From: Escherichia coli
GTDB lineage: Bacteria > Pseudomonadota > Gammaproteobacteria > Enterobacterales > Enterobacteriaceae
Assembly: GCF_003334815.1 (NCBI RefSeq)
Contig: NZ_QOWO01000033.1
DNA length: 41,409 nucleotides
Reading direction: 5' to 3' (one strand)
Shown here: positions 10,772 to 35,090 of the stretch, piece after piece
Layout of the letters: each line of letters opens with the position of its first letter
How positions within the stretch are numbered: position 1 is the stretch's first letter
Position numbers and translations under genes: made by a program
The notes under the pieces: generated by a model
The model's database searches: none
The model's input: only the letters and a program-made list of their open reading frames with translations
What the model was told of the DNA's origin: nothing

Positions 10772-10784
10772 ACGTTGCTTCAGA

Positions 10785-11192
<408 letters not shown>

Positions 11193-11208
11193 TTAACCTG
11201 TGATCCGG

Positions 11209-12198
11209 TTACTCGTCAGCGATGCTTGCCGGTGGCCAGTTTTCCAGGCGCATGCCCAGAGACAGTCCACGGGAAGCCAGCACGTCTTTAATCTCAGTAA
11301 GAGATTTTTTACCAAGGTTAGGCGTTTTAAGGAGCTCAACCTCGGTACGCTGTACCAGATCACCGATATAGTGGATAGCTTCTGCTTTAAGGCAGTTAGC
11401 AGAGCGGACAGTCAATTCCAGATCGTCAACAGGGCGCAGCAGGATCGGATCGAACTCTGGTTTCTCTTCTTTCACTTCAGGCTGACGTACATCACGTAAG
11501 TCAACGAAAGCTTCCAGTTGTTCAGCCAGAATGGTTGCCGCACGACGAATCGCCTCTTCAGGATCGATTGTGCCGTTGGTTTCCATTTCGATGACCAGCT
11601 TGTCCAGGTCGGTACGCTGTTCTACACGCGCTGCTTCAACATTGTAGGCAATACGCTCCACAGGGCTGTAGCATGCGTCGACCAGCAGACGGCCGATTGG
11701 GCGCTCATCTTCTTCCGAATGAATTCGGGTAGAAGCCGGCACATAACCACGACCGCGCTGAACTTTGATACGCATGCTAATAGACGCGTTCTCATCGGTC
11801 AGGTGGCAGATCACGTGCTGCGGCTTGACGATTTCGACATCACCGTCGTGGGTGATATCGGCTGCAGTCACAGGGCCAATGCCAGATTTATTCAAGGTAA
11901 GAATAACTTCATCTTTGCCCTGAACTCTCACCGCCAGCCCTTTCAGGTTGAGCAGGATTTCCAGGATATCTTCCTGAACGCCTTCTTTGGTGCTGTACTC
12001 ATGTAGTACACCATCAATCTCAACCTCGGTCACCGCGCAACCCGGCATCGATGAGAGCAGAATACGGCGCAGTGCGTTACCCAGAGTATGGCCAAAGCCA
12101 CGCTCTAAAGGCTCAAGGGTCACCTTGGCGTGCGTCGAACTCACTTGCTCGATATCAACCAGGCGCGGTTTTAGAAACTCTGTCACAGAACCCTGCAT
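11209..12198 (-). CDS. rpoA: RNA polymerase alpha subunit
   Basis: Track ORF, 329 aa, [26 protein letters not shown]. Confidence 0.98.
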
Positions 12199-12223
12199 TG
12201 TGTCCTCTCTTTGGTACTAAGCT

Positions 12224-13270
<1,047 letters not shown>

Positions 13271-13283
13271 TCAATCACCCCGA

Positions 13284-15266
<1,983 letters not shown>

Positions 15267-15273
15267 CTGCTAC

Positions 15274-16407
<1,134 letters not shown>

Positions 16408-16412
16408 CTACC

Positions 16413-17720
<1,308 letters not shown>

Positions 17721-17747
17721 TTACTCCCGTGATTCAATTGGTGACAA

Positions 17748-18056
<309 letters not shown>

Positions 18057-18067
18057 GTAACCCTACC

Positions 18068-19330
<1,263 letters not shown>

Positions 19331-19384
19331 CTAATGTCAACTACTACTGAGACCCGAAAATCAGGTCGTTAAAAATCCCCATAT

Positions 19385-19420
19385 CGAGGGCGCGGCATTA
19401 TAACACCGCTTCAAGGATAT
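19385..19420 (-). promoter_or_regulatory. spc operon promoter (extended -10 TGTTATAAT; -10 hexamer at 19397..19402)
   Basis: Minus strand reads CCTTGAAGCGGTGTTATAATGCCGCGCCC between the S10-operon terminator and rplN. The -35 assignment is uncertain. Confidence 0.55.
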
Positions 19421-19457
19421 GGGTAGAAAAAATAAACGGCTCATTTCTGAGCCGTTT
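19421..19457 (-). terminator. S10 operon terminator after rpsQ (AAACGGCTCA-gaaa-TGAGCCGTTT followed by a U-run)
   Basis: 10-bp perfect stem plus ATTTTTTCT read on the minus strand, 26 nt after the rpsQ stop. Confidence 0.75.
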
Positions 19458-19482
19458 ATTCGTATTGAGAGAGTGTACTGTA

Positions 19483-21411
<1,929 letters not shown>

Positions 21412-21416
21412 CTACC

Positions 21417-21698
<282 letters not shown>

Positions 21699-21711
21699 TT
21701 ATCCTCTAAAA

Positions 21712-24107
<2,396 letters not shown>

Positions 24108-24127
24108 TCAATCGCTCAATGACCTGA

Positions 24128-24650
<523 letters not shown>

Positions 24651-24676
24651 TGCGAGTAAAGTAAACAGCCTTCGGG

Positions 24677-25096
24677 TTATCTCTCAAGTTCGTTCAGTGC
24701 ATTTTTGACACGCTCTCTTAAACCGGCTTTCTCTTCGCTTTCTTCCACAGTATTTTCTTCGTCTTCAGAAGAAGAGGGGGCATTCTCAACCGCGACGCCT
24801 GGGTCATCTTCCTCCTCGACGGATTCGACGACGGGGAGTGGCTGTTTTTTGAAGAAATAGTGTTGTGTTGATTGTTTAAAAGCGGGCGTTTCAGCCTCTA
24901 CAGTGACTTCGGCTTTTACTATCCAAAGCACCCATAGCTGCCTGGCATACCCACCAACCAGCACCATTCCTGCAAACCACAGGCAAATCAGTAATAAACA
25001 AATTACATATATTATGGTGCTGTGTTTTTGTCGGGAGAAGATACCAGGGTGACCTGTTTCTTTCTGCTCACGCGCGGCGATATAGAATTCAAACAT
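24677..25096 (-). CDS. gspB: Type II secretion accessory protein GspB (139 aa)
   Basis: Track ORF; N-terminal transmembrane segment and acidic C-terminus; lies downstream of gspA. Confidence 0.85.
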   Translation of the reverse strand: MFEFYIAAREQKETGHPGIFSRQKHSTIIYVICLLLICLWFAGMVLVGGYARQLWVLWIVKAEVTVEAETPAFKQSTQHYFFKKQPLPVVESVEEEDDPGVAVENAPSSSEDEENTVEESEEKAGLRERVKNALNELER

Positions 25097-25097
25097 G

Positions 25098-26567
25098 TCA
25101 TTTCCCCTTCACTGTTGTTTCCGGGGAAATATTTGCTTCATCCCGATATAAGTAGGCACTCTCCCCTGCCACCTGCCAGAGATGTACTAACGTTGAAAAG
25201 CCAACAACACCGTCAGTTTTCAAGTGGTGGCTTTTTTGAAATTGCTTTATTTTTTCTACCAACAAGGGACGCCACTCCGCCGAAGGTTCTGTCGAAATAT
25301 GCAATGCGCGGTTTAACATCGTTTCCAGCCAGAGAATCTCTTCCTCGCTGCTATCACGCGTAATGGTACTCTCCCCTTCCGGCGACATTTTCCACAACAG
25401 AAGATAATCACCCGTCCATACCGACTCAAACCATTTATGTGTCAGCGTCCACGTTTGCTGACCTACGAGGACATCAACGCTAGCCTCACCGACGCGAACG
25501 ACCACAACAGGCAATTTTTTGTCCCCGACTTTAAGCGATGCGATCCAGGGCAAATTCTGATCTACCAATGTTTGTAAAGAAGCATTCCCACTTTTACATA
25601 CCAGCCCCGCTCTTACTGCCTGATCGCACCAGGCCGAATCAGCTGGGACCTCGTACCCCCATACGCCGTATAACACGCTTAGCGCCTCACTATCGCGCAT
25701 CACCACATGAGCAATATCCTTAGTCATATCTTGTTTAACTACTGGCGTTACGGGTATCAGCCACGCAGGAACGGGTAACGTAGCTGTAAAAGAGGACAGC
25801 AGTAGCCAACCACAGGTAAGAGCGATAATGGTTCCACTCATCACCACGGCAAGCTGCATTTTCCGGGGGCGGTTATCACCCAATATGCGGTAAATCATTC
25901 GCCATTGTTTTGCTGTGAAAACGCTGGTCTGCTCGGCTTGCTGTAATAAGCGAATTGTTTCGCCGGCAAGCGCCAGCTTTCTGCGATCGCCCCGACATAA
26001 TAAAGCTATCCGTTTCAGAACTCTGGCGGTTAAAAGGAGATCGGGTTGGTCAATATTCTGACCTTCAAGGATGCTTGCCTTAAGTTCGTGCTCCGTCAGA
26101 CGTCCTATCGAGACAAGTTCAATGCCCTGTTTTTTAAAATCACGTTCGACTTTTCGATCGGGTCTGCCGATCAGCAAAAATTGACCGTCAGGAATAAGAG
26201 ATATTGCGCGTTGGAGATCATCAAGTATGCGGCGGTGATTCAGGTGAGCATTTTCAATAATAATAAGAGGGCAGCGACTATCAGTTCGATGAAGCGCATG
26301 CAGTAATTGCCCCGCCATCTCATCTCGCGTCCAGGCGCTGTCACGGCAGCCCTGTTCAGCCGCGTTATCGTCGGTAACGATCCATGCGGCCTTACCTTGC
26401 CAGGAAACAACGAGGCTTAAAGTAATCACACGGCGATGTTTATCTTTTTGCAGTTGCTGCGCCAGCCAGGTTTTTCCACTTCCAGCCTCACCCAACAAAT
26501 AGCATAGACGCCAGGTTTGACGTTTCTCACACAACCAGGAAAGAATAACTTCTCTTCTCGTAGACAT
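25098..26567 (-). CDS. gspA: Type II secretion accessory protein GspA (489 aa), P-loop ATPase with a C-terminal peptidoglycan-binding-like domain
   Basis: Track ORF; Walker A motif GEAGSGKT near the N-terminus. Confidence 0.88.
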   Translation of the reverse strand: MSTRREVILSWLCEKRQTWRLCYLLGEAGSGKTWLAQQLQKDKHRRVITLSLVVSWQGKAAWIVTDDNAAEQGCRDSAWTRDEMAGQLLHALHRTDSRCPLIIIENAHLNHRRILDDLQRAISLIPDGQFLLIGRPDRKVERDFKKQGIELVSIGRLTEHELKASILEGQNIDQPDLLLTARVLKRIALLCRGDRRKLALAGETIRLLQQAEQTSVFTAKQWRMIYRILGDNRPRKMQLAVVMSGTIIALTCGWLLLSSFTATLPVPAWLIPVTPVVKQDMTKDIAHVVMRDSEALSVLYGVWGYEVPADSAWCDQAVRAGLVCKSGNASLQTLVDQNLPWIASLKVGDKKLPVVVVRVGEASVDVLVGQQTWTLTHKWFESVWTGDYLLLWKMSPEGESTITRDSSEEEILWLETMLNRALHISTEPSAEWRPLLVEKIKQFQKSHHLKTDGVVGFSTLVHLWQVAGESAYLYRDEANISPETTVKGK

Positions 26568-26746
26568 AGAACTTCCTGTTTTAATTATTGATTATCCTTA
26601 ATCATAAAAATAATGTATGTATTTATTAATTAAATACATATTACTAATATAAATAAATTTTGCTTGATTCATGCAAGCGGCATTAATACTATTTATACTA
26701 ACGTCAATATACAACCCACCCAATCTATTTTATTAGAACATACATC
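26568..26746. promoter_or_regulatory. Divergent gspA / gspC promoter region, strongly AT-rich
   Basis: 179-bp intergenic gap between divergently oriented genes. The gsp locus of K-12 is known to be H-NS-silenced, which fits the AT-richness. Confidence 0.5.
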
Positions 26747-27562
26747 GTGCCCACACTACGTTTCCCCTTCCATCTGGCGAATCATAATAAAGATGCTGCC
26801 ATCAATATATTGATTATATTTATAAGCATAGGGTCGATTATTTTTAATGTGAATTATTTCCATACAACTATAGTTAAAAATGGACAGATCATTAATCAAC
26901 CAACAAACGCATTTCAGTCTGATTTCAGCCTTGCCGCTTTATGGCGTAACGAAAATCATGCTGGGGTAAAAGATGCAAATCCCGTGGCAGTTAATCAGGA
27001 AACACCTAAGCTCTCTATAGCGCTTAATGGCATTGTACTCACATCGAATGATGAGACTTCTTTTGTCTTAATTAATGAGGGGAGCGAACAAAAGCGATAC
27101 TCCCTCAACGAAGCCCTTGAGTCAGCGCCGGGAACGTTTATTAGAAAAATAAATAAAACCAGCGTTGTGTTTGAAACTCACGGGCATTACGAAAAAGTAA
27201 CTCTCCATCCAGGGCTACCTGACATCATCAAGCAGCCTGATTCAGAAAGTCAAAATGTACTCGCTGATTATATTATCGCCACGCCTATACGTGATGGAGA
27301 ACAGATATACGGGCTTCGATTGAACCCTCGTAAGGGCCTCAATGCATTTACCACCAGCTTGCTACAACCAGGGGATATCGCCCTCAGGATCAATAATCTT
27401 TCGCTGACCCACCCTGATGAGGTTTCACAGGCATTAAGTTTACTGCTAACTCAACAAAGTGCTCAGTTTACAATTCGTCGCAACGGCGTACCCCGCTTGA
27501 TAAATGTTTCCGTCGGGGAACTTACAGGAATGAATGGACTGCGTCATGAAAGGACTCAATAA
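26747..27562 (+). CDS. gspC: Type II secretion system protein C (271 aa), GTG start as in the track
   Basis: Track ORF; N-terminal membrane anchor; first gene of the gspC-O operon. Confidence 0.8.
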
Positions 27563-29498
27563 AATCACCTGCTGCTTGCTGGCAGCACTACTCATGCCTT
27601 GTGCAGGACACGCTGAGAACGAACAATACGGCGCGAACTTCAATAACGCCGATATCCGCCAGTTCGTGGAAATAGTGGGTCAGCATCTTGGCAAAACGAT
27701 CCTGATCGACCCTTCGGTACAGGGAACCATTTCCGTACGCAGTAATGATACGTTTAGCCAACAGGAGTACTACCAGTTCTTTTTAAGTATTCTTGATCTT
27801 TACGGTTATTCCGTGATCACGCTGGACAATGGTTTTCTGAAAGTGGTTCGCTCAGCTAATGTAAAAACATCGCCAGGGATGATTGCTGACAGTTCTCGTC
27901 CAGGCGTAGGTGATGAGTTGGTCACCCGAATTGTACCGCTTGAGAACGTTCCTGCTCGTGACCTGGCCCCCCTGCTCCGCCAGATGATGGATGCGGGTAG
28001 CGTCGGTAATGTTGTGCATTATGAACCCTCCAACGTTCTTATTCTGACCGGTCGTGCCTCCACCATTAATAAACTGATTGAAGTCATAAAGCGCGTTGAT
28101 GTCATCGGCACAGAGAAGCAGCAAATTATTCATCTGGAATATGCGTCAGCGGAAGATCTCGCCGAGATTCTTAATCAATTAATCAGCGAAAGCCACGGTA
28201 AAAGCCAGATGCCAGCCCTCCTCTCCGCGAAGATTGTGGCGGATAAGCGAACCAACTCTCTTATCATCAGTGGACCGGAAAAAGCACGCCAGCGCATCAC
28301 TTCATTACTGAAAAGCCTTGATGTCGAAGAGAGCGAGGAAGGAAATACCCGGGTTTATTACCTGAAATATGCTAAAGCCACGAATCTGGTGGAAGTGCTA
28401 ACCGGTGTTTCCGAAAAGCTGAAAGATGAAAAAGGGAATGCGCGTAAGCCCTCCTCTTCTGGCGCGATGGATAACGTCGCCATTACCGCCGATGAACAGA
28501 CTAACTCTCTGGTCATTACCGCTGACCAGTCCGTCCAGGAAAAACTCGCCACGGTAATTGCGCGTCTGGACATTCGCCGTGCACAGGTGCTGGTTGAGGC
28601 AATCATCGTTGAAGTTCAGGATGGAAATGGACTAAACCTCGGCGTGCAATGGGCGAATAAAAACGTTGGCGCACAGCAATTTACCAATACCGGATTACCG
28701 ATTTTTAACGCTGCGCAAGGTGTGGCTGATTATAAAAAGAATGGTGGGATCACCAGCGCGAATCCTGCCTGGGATATGTTTAGCGCCTACAATGGCATGG
28801 CCGCAGGCTTCTTCAATGGCGACTGGGGAGTACTGCTTACCGCGCTGGCCAGTAACAATAAAAATGACATCCTCGCCACCCCAAGCATCGTAACGCTGGA
28901 TAATAAACTCGCGTCCTTCAACGTGGGGCAGGATGTGCCGGTGCTATCCGGGTCACAGACCACTTCAGGGGATAACGTCTTTAATACCGTCGAACGCAAA
29001 ACGGTGGGGACAAAACTCAAAGTTACTCCGCAGGTCAATGAAGGCGACGCGGTGTTGCTCGAAATAGAGCAGGAAGTCTCCAGCGTTGACTCTTCCTCTA
29101 ACTCGACGCTCGGCCCGACGTTTAATACCCGTACTATTCAAAACGCCGTGCTGGTCAAAACCGGTGAAACGGTGGTCCTGGGCGGATTGCTGGATGATTT
29201 TTCTAAAGAGCAAGTGTCAAAGGTTCCTCTGCTTGGCGATATTCCTTTAGTGGGGCAACTCTTCCGCTATACCTCCACCGAGCGCGCTAAACGCAACCTG
29301 ATGGTATTTATCCGTCCGACGATTATCCGTGACGATGATGTTTATCGCTCACTGTCAAAAGAGAAATACACCCGTTACCGTCAGGAGCAACAACAGCGGA
29401 TCGACGGGAAATCAAAAGCGCTGGTTGGCTCGGAAGATTTGCCGGTGCTGGATGAAAACACGTTCAACAGTCACGCCCCTGCGCCATCGTCACGGTGA
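27546..29498 (+). CDS. gspD: Type II secretion system secretin GspD (650 aa)
   Basis: Track ORF 27534..29498 trimmed to ATG at 27546 ([23 protein letters not shown] signal peptide); conserved secretin C-domain. Confidence 0.92.
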
Positions 29499-29507
29499 GG
29501 CATTCAT

Positions 29508-30989
29508 ATGAGAATTCACTCACCGTACCCCGCCAGTTGGGCGCTGGCACAACGAATTGGTTATCTCTATTCAGAGGGCGAGATTATTTATCTCGCCGAT
29601 ACGCCATTCGAGCGGTTACTCGATATTCAACGTCAGGTTGGCCAGTGCCAGACCATGACCAGCTTGTCACAGGCTGATTTTGAAGCTCGGCTGGAAGCGG
29701 TATTCCATCAGAATACCGGTGAGTCGCAACAGATTGCGCAGGATATCGATCAATCCGTCGATCTTCTCTCGCTTTCGGAAGAGATGCCCGCAAATGAAGA
29801 TCTCCTGAATGAAGATTCAGCGGCACCGGTTATCCGCTTGATCAATGCGATTTTGAGTGAGGCCATCAAAGAAACCGCCTCTGATATCCACATTGAAACC
29901 TATGAAAAAACAATGTCGATCCGTTTTCGCATCGACGGCGTTTTGCGGACAATTTTACAGCCAAACAAAAAACTGGCGGCACTGCTTATCTCCCGAATTA
30001 AGGTCATGGCTCGTCTTGATATCGCCGAAAAACGTATTCCACAGGATGGAAGAATTAGTTTGCGTATCGGGCGACGTAACATAGATGTCCGCGTATCCAC
30101 ACTGCCGTCCATCTATGGTGAACGCGCCGTACTCCGCCTGCTGGATAAAAACAGCCTCCAGCTTTCATTGAACAACCTGGGGATGACGGCAGCGGATAAG
30201 CAGGATTTAGAAAATCTCATTCAGCTTCCGCACGGTATTATCCTGGTGACAGGGCCGACAGGCTCCGGTAAAAGCACCACGCTCTACGCCATCCTTTCGG
30301 CGCTGAATACTCCCGGCCGCAATATTCTGACGGTAGAAGATCCCGTGGAATATGAGCTGGAAGGCATTGGGCAAACGCAGGTGAATACCCGTGTGGATAT
30401 GTCTTTCGCTCGCGGCCTGCGCGCCATACTTCGCCAGGACCCGGATGTCGTCATGGTGGGGGAAATTCGTGATACAGAAACCGCGCAGATTGCGGTTCAG
30501 GCCTCGCTCACCGGCCATCTGGTACTCTCAACACTCCACACTAACAGTGCATCAGGCGCAGTGACCCGGCTCCGCGACATGGGCGTCGAATCATTCCTGC
30601 TTTCGTCTTCCCTGGCAGGGATTATCGCGCAACGTCTGGTTCGTCGCCTGTGTCCGCAATGCCGACAATTCACGCCCGTATCACCCCAACAAGCGCAGAT
30701 GTTTAAATATCATCAGCTCGCGGTGACAACAATTGGCACTCCCGTAGGCTGCCCTCATTGCCATCAATCCGGCTATCAGGGGCGCATGGCGATCCACGAA
30801 ATGATGGTGGTGACGCCGGAATTACGGGCCGCTATTCATGAAAATGTGGATGAACAAGCACTGGAGCGACTAGTCCGGCAACAACACAAGGCCTTAATCA
30901 AAAATGGCCTGCAAAAAGTGATAAGCGGTGACACCTCCTGGGATGAGGTTATGCGCGTCGCCAGTGCCACGCTGGAGAGCGAAGCATGA
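29508..30989 (+). CDS. gspE: Type II secretion system ATPase GspE (493 aa)
   Basis: Track ORF; Walker A motif GPTGSGKST and a C-terminal tetracysteine motif. Confidence 0.95.
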   Translation: MRIHSPYPASWALAQRIGYLYSEGEIIYLADTPFERLLDIQRQVGQCQTMTSLSQADFEARLEAVFHQNTGESQQIAQDIDQSVDLLSLSEEMPANEDLLNEDSAAPVIRLINAILSEAIKETASDIHIETYEKTMSIRFRIDGVLRTILQPNKKLAALLISRIKVMARLDIAEKRIPQDGRISLRIGRRNIDVRVSTLPSIYGERAVLRLLDKNSLQLSLNNLGMTAADKQDLENLIQLPHGIILVTGPTGSGKSTTLYAILSALNTPGRNILTVEDPVEYELEGIGQTQVNTRVDMSFARGLRAILRQDPDVVMVGEIRDTETAQIAVQASLTGHLVLSTLHTNSASGAVTRLRDMGVESFLLSSSLAGIIAQRLVRRLCPQCRQFTPVSPQQAQMFKYHQLAVTTIGTPVGCPHCHQSGYQGRMAIHEMMVVTPELRAAIHENVDEQALERLVRQQHKALIKNGLQKVISGDTSWDEVMRVASATLESEA

Positions 30990-32182
30990 ATTATCGCTAT
31001 CGCGCCATGACCCAGGATGGTCAAAAATTGCAAGGGATCATTGATGCTAACGATGAACGTCAGGCACGACTGCGGCTGCGTGAAGAAGGGCTTTTCCTGC
31101 TGGATATTCGCCCCCAAAAAAGTTCGGGAGTAAAAACACGTCGCCCGAGGATCAGCCATAGTGAACTGACGCTTTTCACCCGGCAGTTGGCAACCTTAAG
31201 CGCAGCGGCATTACCCCTGGAAGAGAGCCTTGCCGTAATCGGTCAACAAAGCAGTAATAAACGACTGGGTGACGTGTTAAATCAGGTACGCAGCGCCATC
31301 CTTGAAGGGCATCCCCTTTCCGATGCATTACAGCATTTTCCCACGCTTTTCGATTCGCTCTATCGTACCCTGGTAAAAGCGGGCGAAAAGAGCGGGCTGC
31401 TGGCCCCGGTGTTGGAAAAGCTGGCTGATTACAATGAAAACCGGCAGAAAATCCGCAGCAAGCTCATTCAGTCACTGATCTACCCCTGTATGCTCACTAC
31501 GGTGGCGATTGGGGTCGTGATTATTCTCCTCACTGCTGTCGTGCCCAAAATTACCGAACAGTTCGTGCATATGAAGCAGCAACTGCCGCTGAGTACACGC
31601 ATTCTTTTAGGTCTGAGCGACACGTTGCAACGTACCGGCCCGACATTATTAGCGACAGTGTTTATTGTCGCTGTAGGTTTCTGGCTCTGGTTAAAACGCG
31701 GCAATAACCGCCACCGTTTTCATGCCATGTTGCTGCGCGTTGCGCTCATCGGCCCGCTGATTTGCGCCATTAACAGCGCACGCTATCTCCGCACTTTAAG
31801 TATTTTGCAATCCAGCGGCGTCCCTCTGCTGGATGGGATGAATTTGTCCACCGAAAGCCTCAACAACCTCGAAATTCGCCAGCGTCTGGCAAATGCGGCA
31901 GAGAACGTTCGCCAGGGTAACAGCATTCATCTTTCGCTGGAACAAACCGCAATTTTCCCGCCGATGATGCTCTACATGGTGGCCTCTGGCGAAAAAAGCG
32001 GGCAGCTCGGCACATTAATGGTCAGAGCCGCAGATAACCAGGAGACACTCCAACAAAATCGGATCGCCTTAACGCTCTCCATCTTCGAGCCAGCACTCAT
32101 TATTACGATGGCACTGATCGTCCTGTTTATTGTCGTGTCGGTACTCCAACCTCTTCTTCAACTTAACTCAATGATTAATTAA
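30986..32182 (+). CDS. gspF: Type II secretion system inner-membrane platform protein GspF (398 aa)
   Basis: Track ORF; ATGA start/stop overlap with gspE. Confidence 0.93.
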
Positions 32183-32191
32183 GGAAAGCAT

Positions 32192-32629
32192 ATGCGCGCA
32201 ACGGATAAGCAACGCGGTTTTACATTACTGGAAATTATGGTGGTGATCGTCATTATCGGCGTACTTGCCAGCCTGGTGGTTCCTAACCTAATGGGCAATA
32301 AAGAAAAGGCGGATAAGCAAAAAGCCGTCAGCGATATTGTGGCGCTGGAAAACGCCCTTGATATGTACAAACTCGACAATCATCACTATCCAACCACAAA
32401 TCAGGGGCTTGAATCCTTAGTAGAAGCGCCGACACTGCCACCGCTGGCCGCAAACTATAACAAGGAAGGTTATATCAAGCGTCTGCCTGCCGATCCCTGG
32501 GGCAATGATTATGTCCTCGTTAATCCTGGTGAACATGGTGCATACGATCTGCTTTCAGCAGGGCCCGATGGTGAAATGGGAACCGAGGACGACATCACCA
32601 ACTGGGGTTTGAGCAAGAAGAAAAAGTAA
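32192..32629 (+). CDS. gspG: Type II secretion major pseudopilin GspG (145 aa)
   Basis: Track ORF; prepilin leader with [12 protein letters not shown]. Confidence 0.95.
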   Translation: MRATDKQRGFTLLEIMVVIVIIGVLASLVVPNLMGNKEKADKQKAVSDIVALENALDMYKLDNHHYPTTNQGLESLVEAPTLPPLAANYNKEGYIKRLPADPWGNDYVLVNPGEHGAYDLLSAGPDGEMGTEDDITNWGLSKKKK

Positions 32630-32636
32630 GTCAGCG

Positions 32637-33146
32637 ATGAATCAGCAACGCGGGTTTACCCTGCTGGAGATGATGCTGGTGCTGGCGCTGGTCGCTATCA
32701 CGGCAAGCGTGGTGCTCTTCACATATGGCCGGGAGGATGTCGCCAGCACTCGTGCGCGCGAAACAGCGGCGCGGTTTACCGCTGCACTTGAATTAGCCAT
32801 CGACCGCGCCACGCTCAGTGGTCAGCCTGTCGGTATCCATTTCTCTGATTCAGCATGGCGCATTATGGTACCGGGCAAAACACCATCAGCCTGGTGCTGG
32901 GTTCCATTACAAGAAGATGCCGCAGACGAGAGCCAAAATGACTGGGATGAAGAACTCTCAATTCATCTTCAGCCATTTAAACCTGATGACAGCAACCAGC
33001 CACAGGTTGTGATTCTGGCCGACGGACAAATCACGCCCTTCTCTTTGTTGATGGCTAACGCCGGGACCGGTGAGCCGCTCCTGACGTTAGTCTGTTCAGG
33101 CTCATGGCCCCTGGATCAAACGCTCGCCAGAGATACCCGCCCATGA
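32637..33146 (+). CDS. gspH: Type II secretion minor pseudopilin GspH (169 aa)
   Basis: Track [13 protein letters not shown] prepilin motif. Confidence 0.9.
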
Positions 33147-33520
33147 ACAAACAATCAGGGATGACACTGCTTGAAGTCTTACTGGCGATGAGTATTTTCA
33201 CCGCTGTTGCTCTGACTTTAATGAGCAGTATGCAAGGGCAACGAAATGCCATCGAGCGAATGCGTAACGAGACGCTGGCATTGTGGATAGCGGATAACCA
33301 GCTTCAGTCACAAGATTCATTCGGCGAGGAAAACACGTCCAGTTCTGGCAAAGAGTTAATAAATGGCGAAGAGTGGAACTGGCGCAGCGATATCCACTCA
33401 AGCAAAGACGGCACGCTTCTGGAACGCACCATAACGGTGACATTACCCAGCGGTCAGACAACCTCGCTTACGCGTTATCAAAGCATCGATAATAAATCCG
33501 GGCAGGCACAAGATGATTAA
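33143..33520 (+). CDS. gspI: Type II secretion minor pseudopilin GspI (125 aa)
   Basis: Track ORF 33104..33520 trimmed to ATG at 33143 ([19 protein letters not shown]); overlaps the gspH stop. Confidence 0.88.
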
Positions 33521-34100
33521 TCGCCAGCAGGGTTTCACATTGCTGGAGGTCATGGCGGCGCTGGCGATTTTCTCAATGCTTAGCGTGCTGGCGTTTATGA
33601 TTTTTTCGCAAGCTTCCGAGTTGCATCAACGCTCACAGAAAGAAATCCAGCAGTTCAATCAGCTACAGCGCACCATCACCATTCTTGATAACGATCTCCT
33701 GCAACTGGTCGCCCGGAGGAATCGGAGTACGGACAAAATCATGGTGTTGGGTGAAGAAGCTATTTTTACCACGCAAAGTCGCGATCCGCTGGCTCCTCTC
33801 AGTGAAGCACAAACCTTACTCACTGTTCACTGGTATCTGCGAAATCATACGCTCTACCGTGCTGTTCGTACTTCTGTGGATGGCAGGAAGGATCAACCCG
33901 CCCAGGCGATGCTGGAACATGTCGAGAGCTTTCTTCTGGAAAGTAACAGCGGGGAAAGCCAGGAACTTCCTCTCTCAGTCACGTTACATCTGCAGACTCA
34001 GCAATATGGGGGGTTACAGCGCCGTTTTGCATTACCTGAGCAGTTAGCGAGAGAAGAGTCGCCAGCTCAGACGCAGGCCGGGAATAATAACCATGAATAA
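33513..34100 (+). CDS. gspJ: Type II secretion minor pseudopilin GspJ (195 aa)
   Basis: Track [13 protein letters not shown] prepilin motif. Confidence 0.9.
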
Positions 34101-35076
34101 TGAACAACGCGGCGTCGCGCTGCTCATTGTACTCATGTTACTGGCGCTCATGGCTGCTCTGGCAGCAGACATGACGCTCAGTTTTCACAGCCAGCTTCAG
34201 CGAACCCGCCAGGTAAACCATCATCTGCAACGGCAATATGATATTGAACTGGCGGAGAAACTTGCGCTTGCCAGCCTCACCCAGGACGTTAAAGATAACG
34301 ACAGACAGACCACGTTGCAGCAGTACTGGGCACAGCCACAACAGTTGCAGCTGGAAGATGGCAATACAGTGAAGTGGCAGTTACGCGATGCCCAGCACTG
34401 TTTTAATCTCAATGCGTTAGCAAAAATCTCTGACGACCCGCTGGCTTCCCCTGATTTCCCCGCCCAGGTATTCAGTGCGCTGCTGATTAACGCCGGTATC
34501 GATCGCGGAAACACCGATGAGATCGTGCAATCAATCGCTGACTATATTGATGTCGATGACTCACCACGCTTTCACGGCGCAGAAGATAGCTTTTACCAAA
34601 GCCAGACGCCGCCCCGGCATAGTGCCAATCAGATGCTTTTTCTGACTGGCGAATTACGTCAGATAAAAGGCATAACCGAAAACATCTATCAGCGGCTTAT
34701 CCCGTATGTCTGCGTTCTCCCGACCACGGAACTTAGCATCAATCTTAATATGCTAACGGAGAACGATATTCCGCTCTTCAGAGCGTTATTCCTCAATAAC
34801 ATCACGGATGCTGACGCTCGGGTCTTATTGCAAAAAAGGCCGAGGGAAGGCTGGCTAACCACGGATGCATTTCTTTACTGGGCGCAGCAGGATTTCTCCG
34901 GTGTGAAGCCACTGGTTGCTCAGGTGAAAAGGCATCTCTTTCCCTATAGCCGCTATTTTACGCTGAGTACGGAAAGTATCAGCGACGAACAATCCCAGGG
35001 ATGGCAAAGCCATATTTTTTTCAACCGTAAACAGCAGAGCGCCCAAATCTATCGGCGTACGCTGCAACTCTACTAA
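34093..35076 (+). CDS. gspK: Type II secretion minor pseudopilin GspK (327 aa)
   Basis: Track ORF; position and size. Confidence 0.9.
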   Translation: MNNEQRGVALLIVLMLLALMAALAADMTLSFHSQLQRTRQVNHHLQRQYDIELAEKLALASLTQDVKDNDRQTTLQQYWAQPQQLQLEDGNTVKWQLRDAQHCFNLNALAKISDDPLASPDFPAQVFSALLINAGIDRGNTDEIVQSIADYIDVDDSPRFHGAEDSFYQSQTPPRHSANQMLFLTGELRQIKGITENIYQRLIPYVCVLPTTELSINLNMLTENDIPLFRALFLNNITDADARVLLQKRPREGWLTTDAFLYWAQQDFSGVKPLVAQVKRHLFPYSRYFTLSTESISDEQSQGWQSHIFFNRKQQSAQIYRRTLQLY

Positions 35077-35090
35077 TCATAAGGATCGTG

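Noticed and set aside
10679-10784. Possible REP or mobile-element remnant between yhdN and rplQ
   Set aside because: The only structured element is the single GC hairpin flanked by A- and T-runs, which is a canonical intrinsic terminator. There are no terminal inverted repeats or target-site duplications.
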